Assembly (NCBI GenBank): GCA_028285085.1
Contig: JANQQI010000106.1
Coordinates: 2,224 to 66,223, forward strand
Source: Saprospiraceae bacterium
Lineage (GTDB): Bacteria > Bacteroidota > Bacteroidia > Chitinophagales > Saprospiraceae
Direction of reading: 5' to 3'
Length of the DNA: 64,000 nt
Shown: piece after piece, positions 36,481 to 46,046 of the stretch
Layout: each line of letters starts with the position of its first letter
Numbering within the stretch: the first letter of the stretch is position 1
Translations under genes and position numbers: made by a program
The notes under the pieces: model-generated
The model's input: the letters and a program-made list of their open reading frames with translations, nothing else
Database searches by the model: none
Told to the model about the DNA's origin: nothing

Positions 36481-36780
36481 CTATTCCCGGTTCTTCAAAA
36501 GCGCTTCGAGGGCGTCCAAATGATCATTAAAGGCTTGCCGTCCGGCATCAGTAGCGGCATAAGACGTTTGGGGCTTACGGCCCACAAAAGCCTTGCGCAC
36601 TTCGACAAAGCCGTTGTCTTCAAGCGACTTAATGTGGCTGGCCAGCCGGCCATCCGTGAGTTCTAGCATCTCTTTCAAAGTTTTAAACTCCACCCAGTCG
36701 TTGACCATGAGCATCGACATGATGCCGAGCCGGACTTTATTATCAAAAGCCTTATTTAGGTTGGCGATGATTTTTTTCAT
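36481..36780 (-). CDS. Small winged-helix transcriptional regulator
   Basis: The 99-aa protein has 'VRLGIMSMLMVNDWVEFKTLKEMLELTDGRLASHIKSLEDNGFVEVRKAFVGRKPQTSYAATDAG', a helix-turn-helix plus wing pattern. Confidence 0.8.
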   Translation of the reverse strand: MKKIIANLNKAFDNKVRLGIMSMLMVNDWVEFKTLKEMLELTDGRLASHIKSLEDNGFVEVRKAFVGRKPQTSYAATDAGRQAFNDHLDALEALLKNRE

Positions 36781-36791
36781 ACCAGGTCCAA

Positions 36792-37436
36792 CTAACGTTC
36801 GTATTTATAATACATATAAGTGCCGTAAGCAATGTGCAAAATACCAAATCCAATGGCCCATAGTTCGAGGCCAAAGCCCGGAGCAAAAAGGCCAATCAAG
36901 CCCAAAATTACCTCGGAAATGCCCAAATACCGAATATCATTCAAAGTATATTTACTGCCATTGATGCAGGCTAAACCATAAAACACCAGCGTGGCTGGAG
37001 CTACGAGGCCATAATGCCCGTGATGGACCAGTGCCAAGCAGAAGATACCACCTGCAATGAGTGGGATGCTTAGATTGAGTAGGAGTCTGGCGGTGGTTTT
37101 ATCCCAAATCGGGTGGCCCTTTCGACGGGCTTTGCGGGTGGTGAAAAAGATACCACCAGCTAAGGCTAGGATAAAGACAAGGCTGGCAACAGTCATCAGG
37201 AATTGTAAAGGCGGCATCCCCCAGGGATAAGGCTGCGCAACACCATAAATGGCCCGTCGGCCTTCGAAGGGCATCAGTCCAAAGTAGTCGAAAATAAGCG
37301 CGGCACCAAGGAGTGCACAAGTGCCCGCTACGACGCCCGATAGCCCGCTGAGCGAAATAAAGCGGGAGGAGCGCTCCATCAAAGAGCGAATTTCGCTGAG
37401 TGTTTCTAAATGCTGATTACGGTTGTCCATTACCAT
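36792..37436 (-). CDS. Hypothetical membrane protein (5-6 TM helices) co-transcribed with the winged-helix regulator
   Basis: The 214-aa protein is hydrophobic. An 11-bp gap separates it from the regulator gene. Confidence 0.6.
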   Translation of the reverse strand: MVMDNRNQHLETLSEIRSLMERSSRFISLSGLSGVVAGTCALLGAALIFDYFGLMPFEGRRAIYGVAQPYPWGMPPLQFLMTVASLVFILALAGGIFFTTRKARRKGHPIWDKTTARLLLNLSIPLIAGGIFCLALVHHGHYGLVAPATLVFYGLACINGSKYTLNDIRYLGISEVILGLIGLFAPGFGLELWAIGFGILHIAYGTYMYYKYER

Positions 37437-37447
37437 TTGTTAAAAGT

Positions 37448-37464
37448 ACTTTGAAATTCAAAGT
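37448..37464. promoter_or_regulatory. Second copy of the ACTTTGAA-A-TTCAAAGT palindrome (putative operator/promoter)
   Basis: It lies 12 bp upstream of the membrane-protein start codon, inside the 26-bp block 37441-37466. On the minus strand a TTTG (plus-strand CAAA at 37487-37490) sits about 20 nt upstream of the TAACTTTG box, which fits a -33/-7 arrangement. Confidence 0.6.
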
Positions 37465-37963
37465 TATAATCTTCGTTTCTAAAACGCAAATAAAAATGGA
37501 AAATTGTTTTGAAGGTAGAAAAGAAGAGATGAGCGACTCTAGTAGTTCATGGAGGTAGTTGTTTACACTTAGCCTTGTCTTTGGAACTGGAAGGACTTGT
37601 TTAATTAGTCAATCTGTTCTTTGAAAATATCAAATTGTATTCGATGTCTGAGGTCTCTTTCTGTGAAATGTGGGGACAGCTTCCTCAAAAGTTATCCGAA
37701 ATCTTCACAAAACTATCACAAGAACCTAATAAAAGGATCACACAATTTTAAGGGGGAAATAATTTTTCAAGCATAAGGTATTGAATAGTAGTTGATTATA
37801 AAGTGATTTGGGTGGAATGTATTTTTCCTTCCCAGAAGTATCAAAAAAATGACTGTCTCTTCCAAGACACTTAATTACCCCTTCTCTTATTTATACTTGT
37901 CTCCGAATCTTCCCATCAACTGAATCGTTTCGACTATTTTTTAATCTCTACAACCCCTCTTTT

Positions 37964-40900
37964 ATGAGTAACTCAACCCTAACCCTCTTGCGCTTTGTAT
38001 TGCTACTGGTACTCGGTAGTAGTGTAGCGTCAACGAGCTTTGCTCAATGTATTGGCGGCACTACCGTGTCGACCTTCAGCGGAGCGACCACCACTTACAC
38101 TTGCGTTGGCGACGGTGTCGACGACGTTATCCAATTTAAACCCAGCAGTTTTGCAACTGCTTATGCATTTATCGTTACAGATGCCGAAGACAACATTCTG
38201 GCCGTCGTCACTGGCAATTCTGTTAATTTCGAAGGCGCTGGTGAAGGTGTTTGCCGCGTTTGGGGAATGTCTTATGCCGGCGTGGTAAATAATCCCGTGG
38301 GCGAAAATATTCAAACGGCCGTCCTAACCGATTTTTGCTATATCCTATCTGACAACTTCGTTGAAGTCATCCGCGATAGTGGTGATGATGTAGACGGTGG
38401 TATGGTAGCGACGCCTTCGGGAGCAACAATGGTCTACACTTGTCCTGAGGATAATGTGGCGGACATTGTGACTTTCACCAACACGGGTAGTCCGAATGCC
38501 AATTATGCTTACGTGGTTACGGATGATCAAAACAACATTTTGGGCTTGCCTCCAGGAAATAGCCTTGATTTTGATGGCGCTGGCGACGGTGTTTGTCGTG
38601 TTTGGGGTTTGTCCTACGTCGGTAATATCATTGCAGAACCAGGCGACAATGCTGCTGAAGTGCAACTAGCGGAAGGCTGCTTCCGATTGTCAGAAAACTT
38701 CATTACCGTTATTCGTTCTAAGCCTGATGGTGGCACGGTAGCAATGCCTAATGGCAATACCGAGCGTGAAGTTTGTGCAGGAGATGGTCAGCCTGATGTG
38801 GTGATGTTTACCCATGATACCGAATCTCTGGCTCAGTACACTTACGTGATTACGGATGACCAAAACAACATTTTGGGCTTGCCTCCGGGTAATAGTCTTG
38901 ATTTTGATGGTGCTGGTCCTGGTATCTGTCGTGTTTGGGGCTTGTCTTACACCGGCAACATTACCGCTGCGGTAGGAGATAATGCAGCTATGATTGACCT
39001 GACTGACGATTGCTTCGACCTGTCTGACAACTTTATCACCATTATTCGAACCGGTGTAGACGGCGGAACTGTAGCGATGCCTTCAGGAGCTACTATGCGA
39101 TACACTTGCCCCGGTGATGGTGAAGATGACATCATCACTTTTACGAATACAAGCACTAGCGATGCGAATTATGCATATGTAATTACGGATGATGAGAATA
39201 ACATTTTGGGTATTCCTCCGGGTAATAGCCAAAACTTTGAAGGTGCCGGTACCGGTGTTTGCCGCGTATGGGGCCTGTCCTATACTGGAAACATTACTGC
39301 CCAGCCCGGCGACAACGCGGCAGAAGTGGCTTTGAGTGACGAATGCTTCGTTCTATCTGAGAATTTCATCACCGTTATTCGTGATACACCCGATGGAGGT
39401 ACGGTAGCGATGCCTAATGGTAATACCGAACGCGAAACTTGTGCTGGTGACGGCGAAGCCGATGTCGTGATGTTTACCCACGATACGGAATCTCAGGCGA
39501 ACTACGCTTACGTGATTACAGATGATGAAAATAATATTTTGGGCCTACCTCCAGGCAATAGCTTGGATTTCGAAGGTGCTGGTGAAGGTATTTGCCGCGT
39601 ATGGGGTCTATCTTATACCGGAAGCATTACGGCACAAGTAGGCGATAACGCTGCACTAGTTGATTTAACAGACGATTGCTTTGACTTATCTGACAACTTT
39701 ATCACCATTATCCGTACGGGTGTTGACGGTGGAACCGTAGCGATGCCAAACGGAGAAACTGAGCGCGAGACCTGCGCTGGCGATGGAGTTGACGACATCG
39801 TCATGTTTACCCACGTTACAGGGGCAAGTGCGAACTACGCCTACGTGATTACGGATGATGAGAATAACATTTTGGGTATTCCTCCGGGTGATAGCCAAAA
39901 CTTTGAAGGTGCTGGTGAAGGTATCTGCCGTGTATGGGGTCTGTCGTACACTGGAAACATCACTGCTCAAGCGGGTGATAATGCGGCAATGGTTGACTTA
40001 ACCGATGGCTGCTTTGATTTATCCGATAACTTTATCACCATTATCCGTACGGGCGTTGACGGTGGCACGGTAGCAATGCCAAATGGAGAAACTGAGCGTG
40101 AGACCTGCGCTGGCGACGGAGTTGACGATATCGTCATGTTTACGCACGATACAGGATCCGGTGCGAACTATGCTTACGTGATTACCGATGATGAGAATAA
40201 CATTTTGGGTATTCCTCCTGGTGATAGCCAAAACTTCGAAGGCGCCGGCGAAGGTATCTGCCGAGTATGGGGTCTGTCGTACACTGGAAATATCACTGCT
40301 CAAGCGGGTGATAATGCCGCGATGGTTGCTTTGACGGACGGTTGCTTTGATTTATCTGACAACTTTATTACGATCAATCGCATCGGCGTTGACGGTGGCA
40401 CGGTAGCAATGCCAAATGGAGAGACGGAGCGCGAGACTTGTGCTGGCGACGGTATCGACGACATCGTCATGTTTACACACGATACAGGATCCGGTGCGAA
40501 CTACGCTTACGTGATTACGGATGATGAAAATAACATTTTGGGTATTCCTCCTGGTGATAGTCAAAACTTCGAAGGCGCCGGCGAAGGTGTTTGCCGAGTA
40601 TGGGGTCTGTCGTACACCGGAAACATCACTGCTCAAGCGGGCGACAATGCCGCGATGGTTGCTTTGACGGACGGTTGCTTTGACTTATCTGACAACTTTA
40701 TTACGATCAATCGCATTGGCGTTGACGGTGGCACGGTAGCGATGCCAAACGGAGAGACGGAGCGCGAGACTTGTGCTGGCGACGGTATCGACGACATCGT
40801 GATGTTCACCCACGACACAGGATCCAGTGCGAATTACGCTTACGTGATTACGGATGATGAGAATAACATTTTGGGTATTCCTCCTGGTGATAGCCAAAAC

Positions 40901-41692
40901 TTCGAAGGCGCCGGCGAAGGTATCTGCCGCGTATGGGGTCTGTCTTACACCGGAAGCATCATTGCTCAGGCGGGTGATAATGCGGCAATGGTTGACTTGA
41001 CCGATGGCTGCTTTGATCTATCTGACAACTTTATCACCATTATCCGTAATGGCGTTGACGGCGGAATGGTAGCGATGCCAAATACCAATACTGAGGTCAC
41101 TGTTTGCGCTGGCGACGGTGAAGATGATATCATCATGTTTACCAATGATAGCGAAAGTGGCGCGAGCTACGCTTATGTGATCACGGATGACGAAAATAAC
41201 ATCTTGGGTATTCCTCCAGGTAATAGCCAAAACTTCGAAGGTGCAGGTTCAGGTATCTGCCGCGTATGGGGTTTGTCTTACACTGGAAATATTACGGCCC
41301 AAGCCGGTGACAATGCTGCACAAGTGGCATTGACCGATGGTTGCTTCGCCCTGTCTGACAACTTTATTACCGTTAATCGTCTGAGTGGCGACGACTGCCC
41401 ATCCAACTTAACCGGAAATTTGCAGGGACAGATGGTAAATGGCTCAGTGGTACCAACACAAGTAGAGTTATATCCAAATCCAGTACAGCAAACGCTGCAT
41501 ATCCAATTGGAAAAAGTACATGAGACCAATGCCCAAATCGAAATTTTGGATATCTCCGGCCGCATCCTACAGCAAATTAACACTGCTGACCAAACCATCG
41601 AGGTGAACGTAAGTCAATATGACAGCGGTTTGTACCTCGTCCGTTTGATTGAAGCTGGCCAAGTGAGTAGCTATAAATTTTTGAAACAATAA
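37964..41692 (+). CDS. 1242-aa T9SS-secreted protein built of ten tandem 111-aa repeats
   Basis: A signal peptide is followed by 10 repeats of the consensus 'DGGTVAMPNGETERETCAGDG.DDIVMFTHDT...ANYAYVITDDENNILGIPPG.SQNFEGAGEGICRVWGLSYTGNITAQAGDNAA.V.LTDGCFDLSDNFITI.R'. The C-terminal CTD reads 'LYPNPVQQTLHIQL...GLYLVRLIEAG'. Confidence 0.85.
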   Translation: MSNSTLTLLRFVLLLVLGSSVASTSFAQCIGGTTVSTFSGATTTYTCVGDGVDDVIQFKPSSFATAYAFIVTDAEDNILAVVTGNSVNFEGAGEGVCRVWGMSYAGVVNNPVGENIQTAVLTDFCYILSDNFVEVIRDSGDDVDGGMVATPSGATMVYTCPEDNVADIVTFTNTGSPNANYAYVVTDDQNNILGLPPGNSLDFDGAGDGVCRVWGLSYVGNIIAEPGDNAAEVQLAEGCFRLSENFITVIRSKPDGGTVAMPNGNTEREVCAGDGQPDVVMFTHDTESLAQYTYVITDDQNNILGLPPGNSLDFDGAGPGICRVWGLSYTGNITAAVGDNAAMIDLTDDCFDLSDNFITIIRTGVDGGTVAMPSGATMRYTCPGDGEDDIITFTNTSTSDANYAYVITDDENNILGIPPGNSQNFEGAGTGVCRVWGLSYTGNITAQPGDNAAEVALSDECFVLSENFITVIRDTPDGGTVAMPNGNTERETCAGDGEADVVMFTHDTESQANYAYVITDDENNILGLPPGNSLDFEGAGEGICRVWGLSYTGSITAQVGDNAALVDLTDDCFDLSDNFITIIRTGVDGGTVAMPNGETERETCAGDGVDDIVMFTHVTGASANYAYVITDDENNILGIPPGDSQNFEGAGEGICRVWGLSYTGNITAQAGDNAAMVDLTDGCFDLSDNFITIIRTGVDGGTVAMPNGETERETCAGDGVDDIVMFTHDTGSGANYAYVITDDENNILGIPPGDSQNFEGAGEGICRVWGLSYTGNITAQAGDNAAMVALTDGCFDLSDNFITINRIGVDGGTVAMPNGETERETCAGDGIDDIVMFTHDTGSGANYAYVITDDENNILGIPPGDSQNFEGAGEGVCRVWGLSYTGNITAQAGDNAAMVALTDGCFDLSDNFITINRIGVDGGTVAMPNGETERETCAGDGIDDIVMFTHDTGSSANYAYVITDDENNILGIPPGDSQNFEGAGEGICRVWGLSYTGSIIAQAGDNAAMVDLTDGCFDLSDNFITIIRNGVDGGMVAMPNTNTEVTVCAGDGEDDIIMFTNDSESGASYAYVITDDENNILGIPPGNSQNFEGAGSGICRVWGLSYTGNITAQAGDNAAQVALTDGCFALSDNFITVNRLSGDDCPSNLTGNLQGQMVNGSVVPTQVELYPNPVQQTLHIQLEKVHETNAQIEILDISGRILQQINTADQTIEVNVSQYDSGLYLVRLIEAGQVSSYKFLKQ
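38048..41389 (+). repeat. In-frame tandem array of one 345-bp unit plus nine 333-bp units
   Basis: Repeat starts (the GAY GGY GG codons) were counted at 38393, 38726, 39059, 39392, 39725, 40058, 40391, 40724 and 41057, an exact 333-bp period. Copies 6-9 are roughly 90% or more identical at DNA level by eye. Confidence 0.9.
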
Positions 41693-41762
41693 TAACAGAA
41701 CTGTGAATCACCATGATTGACTACCAATACTTAAAAATTTAGATAGACAAATGGTGTTTCAA

Positions 41763-41793
41763 AATCCCTCGCCCTGCGGCGGGGGATTTTTTT
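41763..41793 (+). terminator. Rho-independent terminator of the repeat-protein gene
   Basis: The 11-bp stem pairs AATCCCTCGCC (41763-41773) with GGCGGGGGATT (41778-41788), including one G-U pair. The loop is CTGC and a T-run follows through 41793. Confidence 0.8.
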
Positions 41794-41855
41794 ATGGACA
41801 AGTTGGAACTTCAACCGATACAAGTTGTTCTATAGATTTCAACGCGATCCTCTCC

Positions 41856-43043
41856 ATGCGAAAAGAAGCCATTTTATTATTTATTCTTGCGGTTGCTCAG
41901 TTTACGCACATCATTGATTTCATGATTGTGATGCCACTGGGGGCGCAGTTCATGGAGATTTTCGATATCAGTCCAAGGCAATTTAGTTGGATTGTTTCTT
42001 CCTATGCTATTTCTGCTTGTGTAGCGGGCTTATTGGGCGCTATGTATCTGGATCGTTATGATCGGAAAGTCGCCCTGCTTTTTTGCTACGTTGGCTTTAC
42101 ACTGGGCACTTTTGCGTGTTCGATGGCGGACAGCTTTGAGATGCTTTTGCTCTCACGTAGCTTTACCGGAATGTTTGGTGGTGTTTTGGGTGCTTTAGTA
42201 TTGGCAATTGTTGCGGATGCGGTGCCTCTGGAACGGCGAGGCAAAGCCATGGGATTGATTATGACCGCTTTTTCGGTGGCGTCTGTGATCGGGGTGCCAA
42301 CGGGACTATGGCTGGCGGCAAGCTTTGGCTGGCGAATGCCTTTCATGGTCGTCGGTGGCGTAGCTTGTTTGACGATCTTGGCGATATTGCGCTGGGTACC
42401 TGCCTTGCGTGGGCACTTACAACGCGAAGAAAGCGTACGATCCGGGATGTTTGTCCTCTCATCGATCCTTCATGATCGGAACCAATTACGGGCTCTGCTA
42501 TTTACGATTATTTTGATGTTTGGCCATTTTACGATTATCCCATTCATCGCGCCGTATATGCAGCTCAATGTAGGATTTTCAGAATTTCAAATCACCTATA
42601 TTTATCTCATTGGCGGTGTTTTGAGTGCTATTTTGCTGCCGTATTTTGGTCAATTAGCGGATCGCATTGGTCATATCAAAGTATTCACCGTTTCTAGTGT
42701 GCTGGCGCTGTTTTCCATCTACGCCATCACTAATCTGCCAGTGGTGCCCATTGCGCTGGCCCTGGTGGTGACTTCGTCCTTTTTTGTTGTTGCCAGCGGC
42801 CGTAATGTACCTGCTACTACCATGATTACCGCCGTGGTAAAACCGGAGAGTCGGGCTGGGTTCATGAGCATCCGATCTTCGGCTAATGAATTGGCGTTGT
42901 TCATTTCATCTTTTGTAGCCGGTATGATTGTTGAAGAAAGAACCGATGGTGGACTGCTTAATTATCAATACGTCGGTTATATCGCCATTGCCATGAGTAT
43001 TCTGGCCATTGGAATCGCGCGCCAACTTAAACTAAAAGCGTGA
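41856..43043 (+). CDS. MFS transporter
   Basis: It has 12-TM-like hydrophobicity and the MFS motif 'LGAMYLDRYDRKVALL' (loop 2-3 'D-R-x-G-R-K'-like). I prefer the ATG at 41856 because the 41751 start would span the upstream terminator. Confidence 0.85.
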   Translation: MRKEAILLFILAVAQFTHIIDFMIVMPLGAQFMEIFDISPRQFSWIVSSYAISACVAGLLGAMYLDRYDRKVALLFCYVGFTLGTFACSMADSFEMLLLSRSFTGMFGGVLGALVLAIVADAVPLERRGKAMGLIMTAFSVASVIGVPTGLWLAASFGWRMPFMVVGGVACLTILAILRWVPALRGHLQREESVRSGMFVLSSILHDRNQLRALLFTIILMFGHFTIIPFIAPYMQLNVGFSEFQITYIYLIGGVLSAILLPYFGQLADRIGHIKVFTVSSVLALFSIYAITNLPVVPIALALVVTSSFFVVASGRNVPATTMITAVVKPESRAGFMSIRSSANELALFISSFVAGMIVEERTDGGLLNYQYVGYIAIAMSILAIGIARQLKLKA

Positions 43044-43137
43044 AAACCGTCGTTGATATGTCGTAAATGCCCGGAATTGGCTGGATTTATAATCCAAATG
43101 GCCCATTTAATGTTATTTTTGCATAAATATTGATCCA

Positions 43138-43443
43138 ATGAATAATACTTATAACTACATGGTTGATTTTTCGTTGCCGGAGGTGCTGACGGAGGAGTTC
43201 ATGAGTTTAATCCCCTATCAAAGGGCGGCGATCAACCGATTTTTTAAGGAGGGAAAACTAGTCAATTACGCTCTATCCTTGGAGAATTCTAAACTCTGGG
43301 CGGTATTCAACGCCAACTCTGAAATGGATGTTATGGATATGATTGCGGATTTACCTTTGACCTCGTTTATGAATGTGGAGATCAGCATGTTGACGTTCTA
43401 CAATACGATGAGTCCCGAAGTACCGGACTTTTCGATGAATTAA
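43138..43443 (+). CDS. Small hypothetical protein (possibly muconolactone-isomerase-like alpha+beta fold)
   Basis: The 101-aa protein begins 'YMVDFSLPEVLTEEFMSLIPYQRAAINRFFKEGKLVNYALS...KLWAVFNANSE'. From memory this resembles a conserved Bacteroidota family, so the fold assignment is tentative. Confidence 0.5.
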   Translation: MNNTYNYMVDFSLPEVLTEEFMSLIPYQRAAINRFFKEGKLVNYALSLENSKLWAVFNANSEMDVMDMIADLPLTSFMNVEISMLTFYNTMSPEVPDFSMN

Positions 43444-43463
43444 AATTATCTTTTCAAAATACA

Positions 43464-43497
43464 AAAGCCGGAAGTGCCACGATGCGCTTCCGGCTTT
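43464..43497. terminator. Bidirectional terminator between convergent genes
   Basis: A perfect 11-bp stem pairs AAAGCCGGAAG (43464-43474) with CTTCCGGCTTT (43487-43497). T-rich sequence follows on the plus strand and A-rich sequence precedes it. Confidence 0.7.
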
Positions 43498-43548
43498 CTG
43501 TTTTTGGTATTAGTTGTAATGGATGATTTGTAAGTTCAAATCAATGCA

Positions 43549-43785
43549 CTACATATTACGATGGCTGCCGTCACAAAAAGGGACACCATTGGTGATTTTA
43601 CACCCACACCAAGCTACTTTTTTGGCTTCCGTTACTTGCTCAATGACGGGAGTGAACTCCGTGCCGCGGTGTGATCCATCGCAATAGGGCTGATTGGTGC
43701 TGTGGCCGCAAGAACACCAGGCATAAGTCCCTGGCTCAACATCCATGACGTAGGGGGCTTTTTGAGGTACTTTTTTTTCAGACAT
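43549..43785 (-). CDS. CDGSH-type iron-sulfur domain protein (two CDGSH motifs)
   Basis: It contains 'CSCGHSTNQPYCDGSH' and 'CGCKITNGVPFCDGSH'. Confidence 0.85.
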   Translation of the reverse strand: MSEKKVPQKAPYVMDVEPGTYAWCSCGHSTNQPYCDGSHRGTEFTPVIEQVTEAKKVAWCGCKITNGVPFCDGSHRNM

Positions 43786-44077
43786 TTCGTGTTTTTTTAT
43801 GATGAATAATTGAGATAGTAAAATGCTTTAGCGTGTGCTAAGGGACTAAATTTATTAAAAGTCTAACAATATGATAAATGAAATAACGACTGAATAGTTG
43901 AAACAACAACTATGAATTTTAGAGGCTGCCTTACTACTCCATGAATTCCGGTATTTCGAAAAGTCTGGGAATTCTGGTAAAAACGAGAAAAAAAGATTGT
44001 GGAGTTTTGTGCATCATCTATAGCTCTTGTTTGGAAAACCTACTCTGAATCAAGCTATCTGAATCACAAAATACCAA

Positions 44078-46021
44078 ATGATGAAAAAGCATCTCCTCCT
44101 CCTGCCTTGTGTTCTTTTTACTGTATTTTCTTTATCGGCTGCTACTACCAATTGGCTTGGCGGCAATGGGCCGTGGAATAATCCTGCTCGCTGGGATACT
44201 GGCACAGTACCGGGCCTTCTGGATAGTGTGGTGATTAGTAGTGGAAAAGTAGGAATTCCCAGTGGCTACGCCGCCACTGCTCGGTATGTTTCTGTGGAAA
44301 GTGGCGCCTTCTTACGTTTACAAAACAATAGTAGCCTCACCTTGATCGGCGCCGAGGAAGATGCTTTTTTGAATGCCGGATCGGTGAAAAACGAAGGAAG
44401 TGTAACCATCCTTGATGTTGACTCTGGTCACGGCTTGAATAATACGGGGACTTGGCTCAACGAAGCGGGAGGCTTCTTGTCGGTCTCATCCATATATCGA
44501 ACCGCTGTTTGGAACTACGGTGGTACTCTGACCAATCATGGAACCATTACCGTAGCGGGAGATGTGGGCAGCTACGCTCTCGAAAATGAAGGGGAGTTGG
44601 TGAATCACAGTACCGGCACGATAGATTTAGAAGGCGGAGAATCGTCTGGCTTATCCAATATCCCGGGGCCATTCAGCACTGGCCGCTTGCTCAATCACGG
44701 AACGATCACGATCAGTGATTCTGAAAGGCATGGTGTACGCAATTATACCCCATTCAAAAATAAAGGGCATCTCAACATTACAGGCTGCTTGGATGATGGC
44801 ATCAAACTGTACGCTAATCTGGAAAACGACGCTTCGGGTATCATTACTATTGAAGGTAGCCAAGCTGATAGTTGGGCAGCTGGTATCGGTATTTCGAGTG
44901 GTGATACGCTTGATAATGCCGGTCAAATTCAAATTAGTAATTATCCATCAGGTGGGCAGAAAGGTATAGATTTCTTCTTTTCGGGCGTGCTACTCAACCG
45001 GAGTGGTGCCGAAATGATCATCGCGAATAGCTATTTTGGAATGGATATGTGGAGTAGTGGTGCCGTATTGGATAATGTCGGAGTGATTAGAATACAGGAT
45101 TCCCCTTGGCAGGGCCTTAATTATCGTGGTTCGATAACTAATCACTCCGGAGCGGAAATAAGCATCACGGGGAGTTATTCTTACGGTATGTCGGATATTG
45201 GAATTGGTGGATTTTTACAAAACGAAGGTTTCATCGATATTGAATCGGGGGATTTAAATTTGGGGCTTAATCTCGGAGGAACTTGGTACAATCAGAACTG
45301 TGGGAAAATAGCAATTGATGGTAAACTTAGTCTATCAACAGGATGCCTGTTTTATAACGACAGCTGGCTAAAGGTAAATGGTACGAACCATTTATTCGAT
45401 GGTGATTTAGTGAATAACGGGGCCATTGAAAATACCAATGGAGACATTGATCCGGCGGACATCGCCAATCTTGGCTTGATGATTCGACCTTTGGATAGCC
45501 TGGGGGCCGTGGGGGTACCAATCCCCGATGCCATTGAAATTGGTAGCAATGGTCCGGTTAGCGTTATCGGCTGGTATATCAATCCTGGCCTTAATCTTAT
45601 TGCCGGAACTTATGACGCTACGCTCAATGAATTCACCCCTAATCTTGCTGCGGTGGATGACTCAGAACTCTACGTAGTACTCGAAGATAATGTCTTGGGC
45701 TGTCGTGATACCATGACTGTCCTCATCCTCGATGCCCAGCCCAACAATGAAAGCAATGCCCTGGCCGCCTCGAAGATGTCGAAGCGACAAATCTATCCGA
45801 ATCCCGTTTCCCGCCAGCGGGGTCGCATCCACCTCTCCAATTCGACGGACATTGCTTTATTACGCTGGTACGATGGTCGGGGTCAATTAATCCAGCAGCA
45901 GACAGGTGGGACGGGGCGGCAGATCCCTCTCCCGGCGGGCCTAACATCTGGTTGGTATGTTCTGGCGCTCCATCTGACCAATGGGACCATTGAGCGCCAG
46001 CCGCTGCTCATTGTAGAATAA
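44078..46021 (+). CDS. Secreted beta-helix-repeat protein with T9SS C-terminal sorting domain
   Basis: A signal peptide is followed by many degenerate repeats of the type 'L.N.G.I.I.G' (for example 'LTNHGTITVAGD', 'LLNHGTITISDS', 'SITNHSGAEISITGS'). The CTD reads 'IYPNPVSRQRGRIHL...GWYVLALHL'. Confidence 0.75.
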   Translation: MMKKHLLLLPCVLFTVFSLSAATTNWLGGNGPWNNPARWDTGTVPGLLDSVVISSGKVGIPSGYAATARYVSVESGAFLRLQNNSSLTLIGAEEDAFLNAGSVKNEGSVTILDVDSGHGLNNTGTWLNEAGGFLSVSSIYRTAVWNYGGTLTNHGTITVAGDVGSYALENEGELVNHSTGTIDLEGGESSGLSNIPGPFSTGRLLNHGTITISDSERHGVRNYTPFKNKGHLNITGCLDDGIKLYANLENDASGIITIEGSQADSWAAGIGISSGDTLDNAGQIQISNYPSGGQKGIDFFFSGVLLNRSGAEMIIANSYFGMDMWSSGAVLDNVGVIRIQDSPWQGLNYRGSITNHSGAEISITGSYSYGMSDIGIGGFLQNEGFIDIESGDLNLGLNLGGTWYNQNCGKIAIDGKLSLSTGCLFYNDSWLKVNGTNHLFDGDLVNNGAIENTNGDIDPADIANLGLMIRPLDSLGAVGVPIPDAIEIGSNGPVSVIGWYINPGLNLIAGTYDATLNEFTPNLAAVDDSELYVVLEDNVLGCRDTMTVLILDAQPNNESNALAASKMSKRQIYPNPVSRQRGRIHLSNSTDIALLRWYDGRGQLIQQQTGGTGRQIPLPAGLTSGWYVLALHLTNGTIERQPLLIVE

Positions 46022-46046
46022 CACGGAATATTGTACCTTCGGAGGT

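Noticed and set aside
38048-41389. A highly regular repeat array that could superficially suggest a CRISPR or satellite locus.
   Set aside because: The period is 333 bp rather than 25-40 bp repeats with spacers. The whole array is one open reading frame with conserved protein motifs, so it is a coding tandem-domain array.
38030-41598. Many 60-106 aa antisense or off-frame ORFs recurring every 333 bp (for example 39686..39970, 40019..40303, 40352..40636 and 40685..40897).
   Set aside because: They are shadow ORFs created by the repeat periodicity and the codon bias of the 1242-aa gene. They have no independent coding signal.
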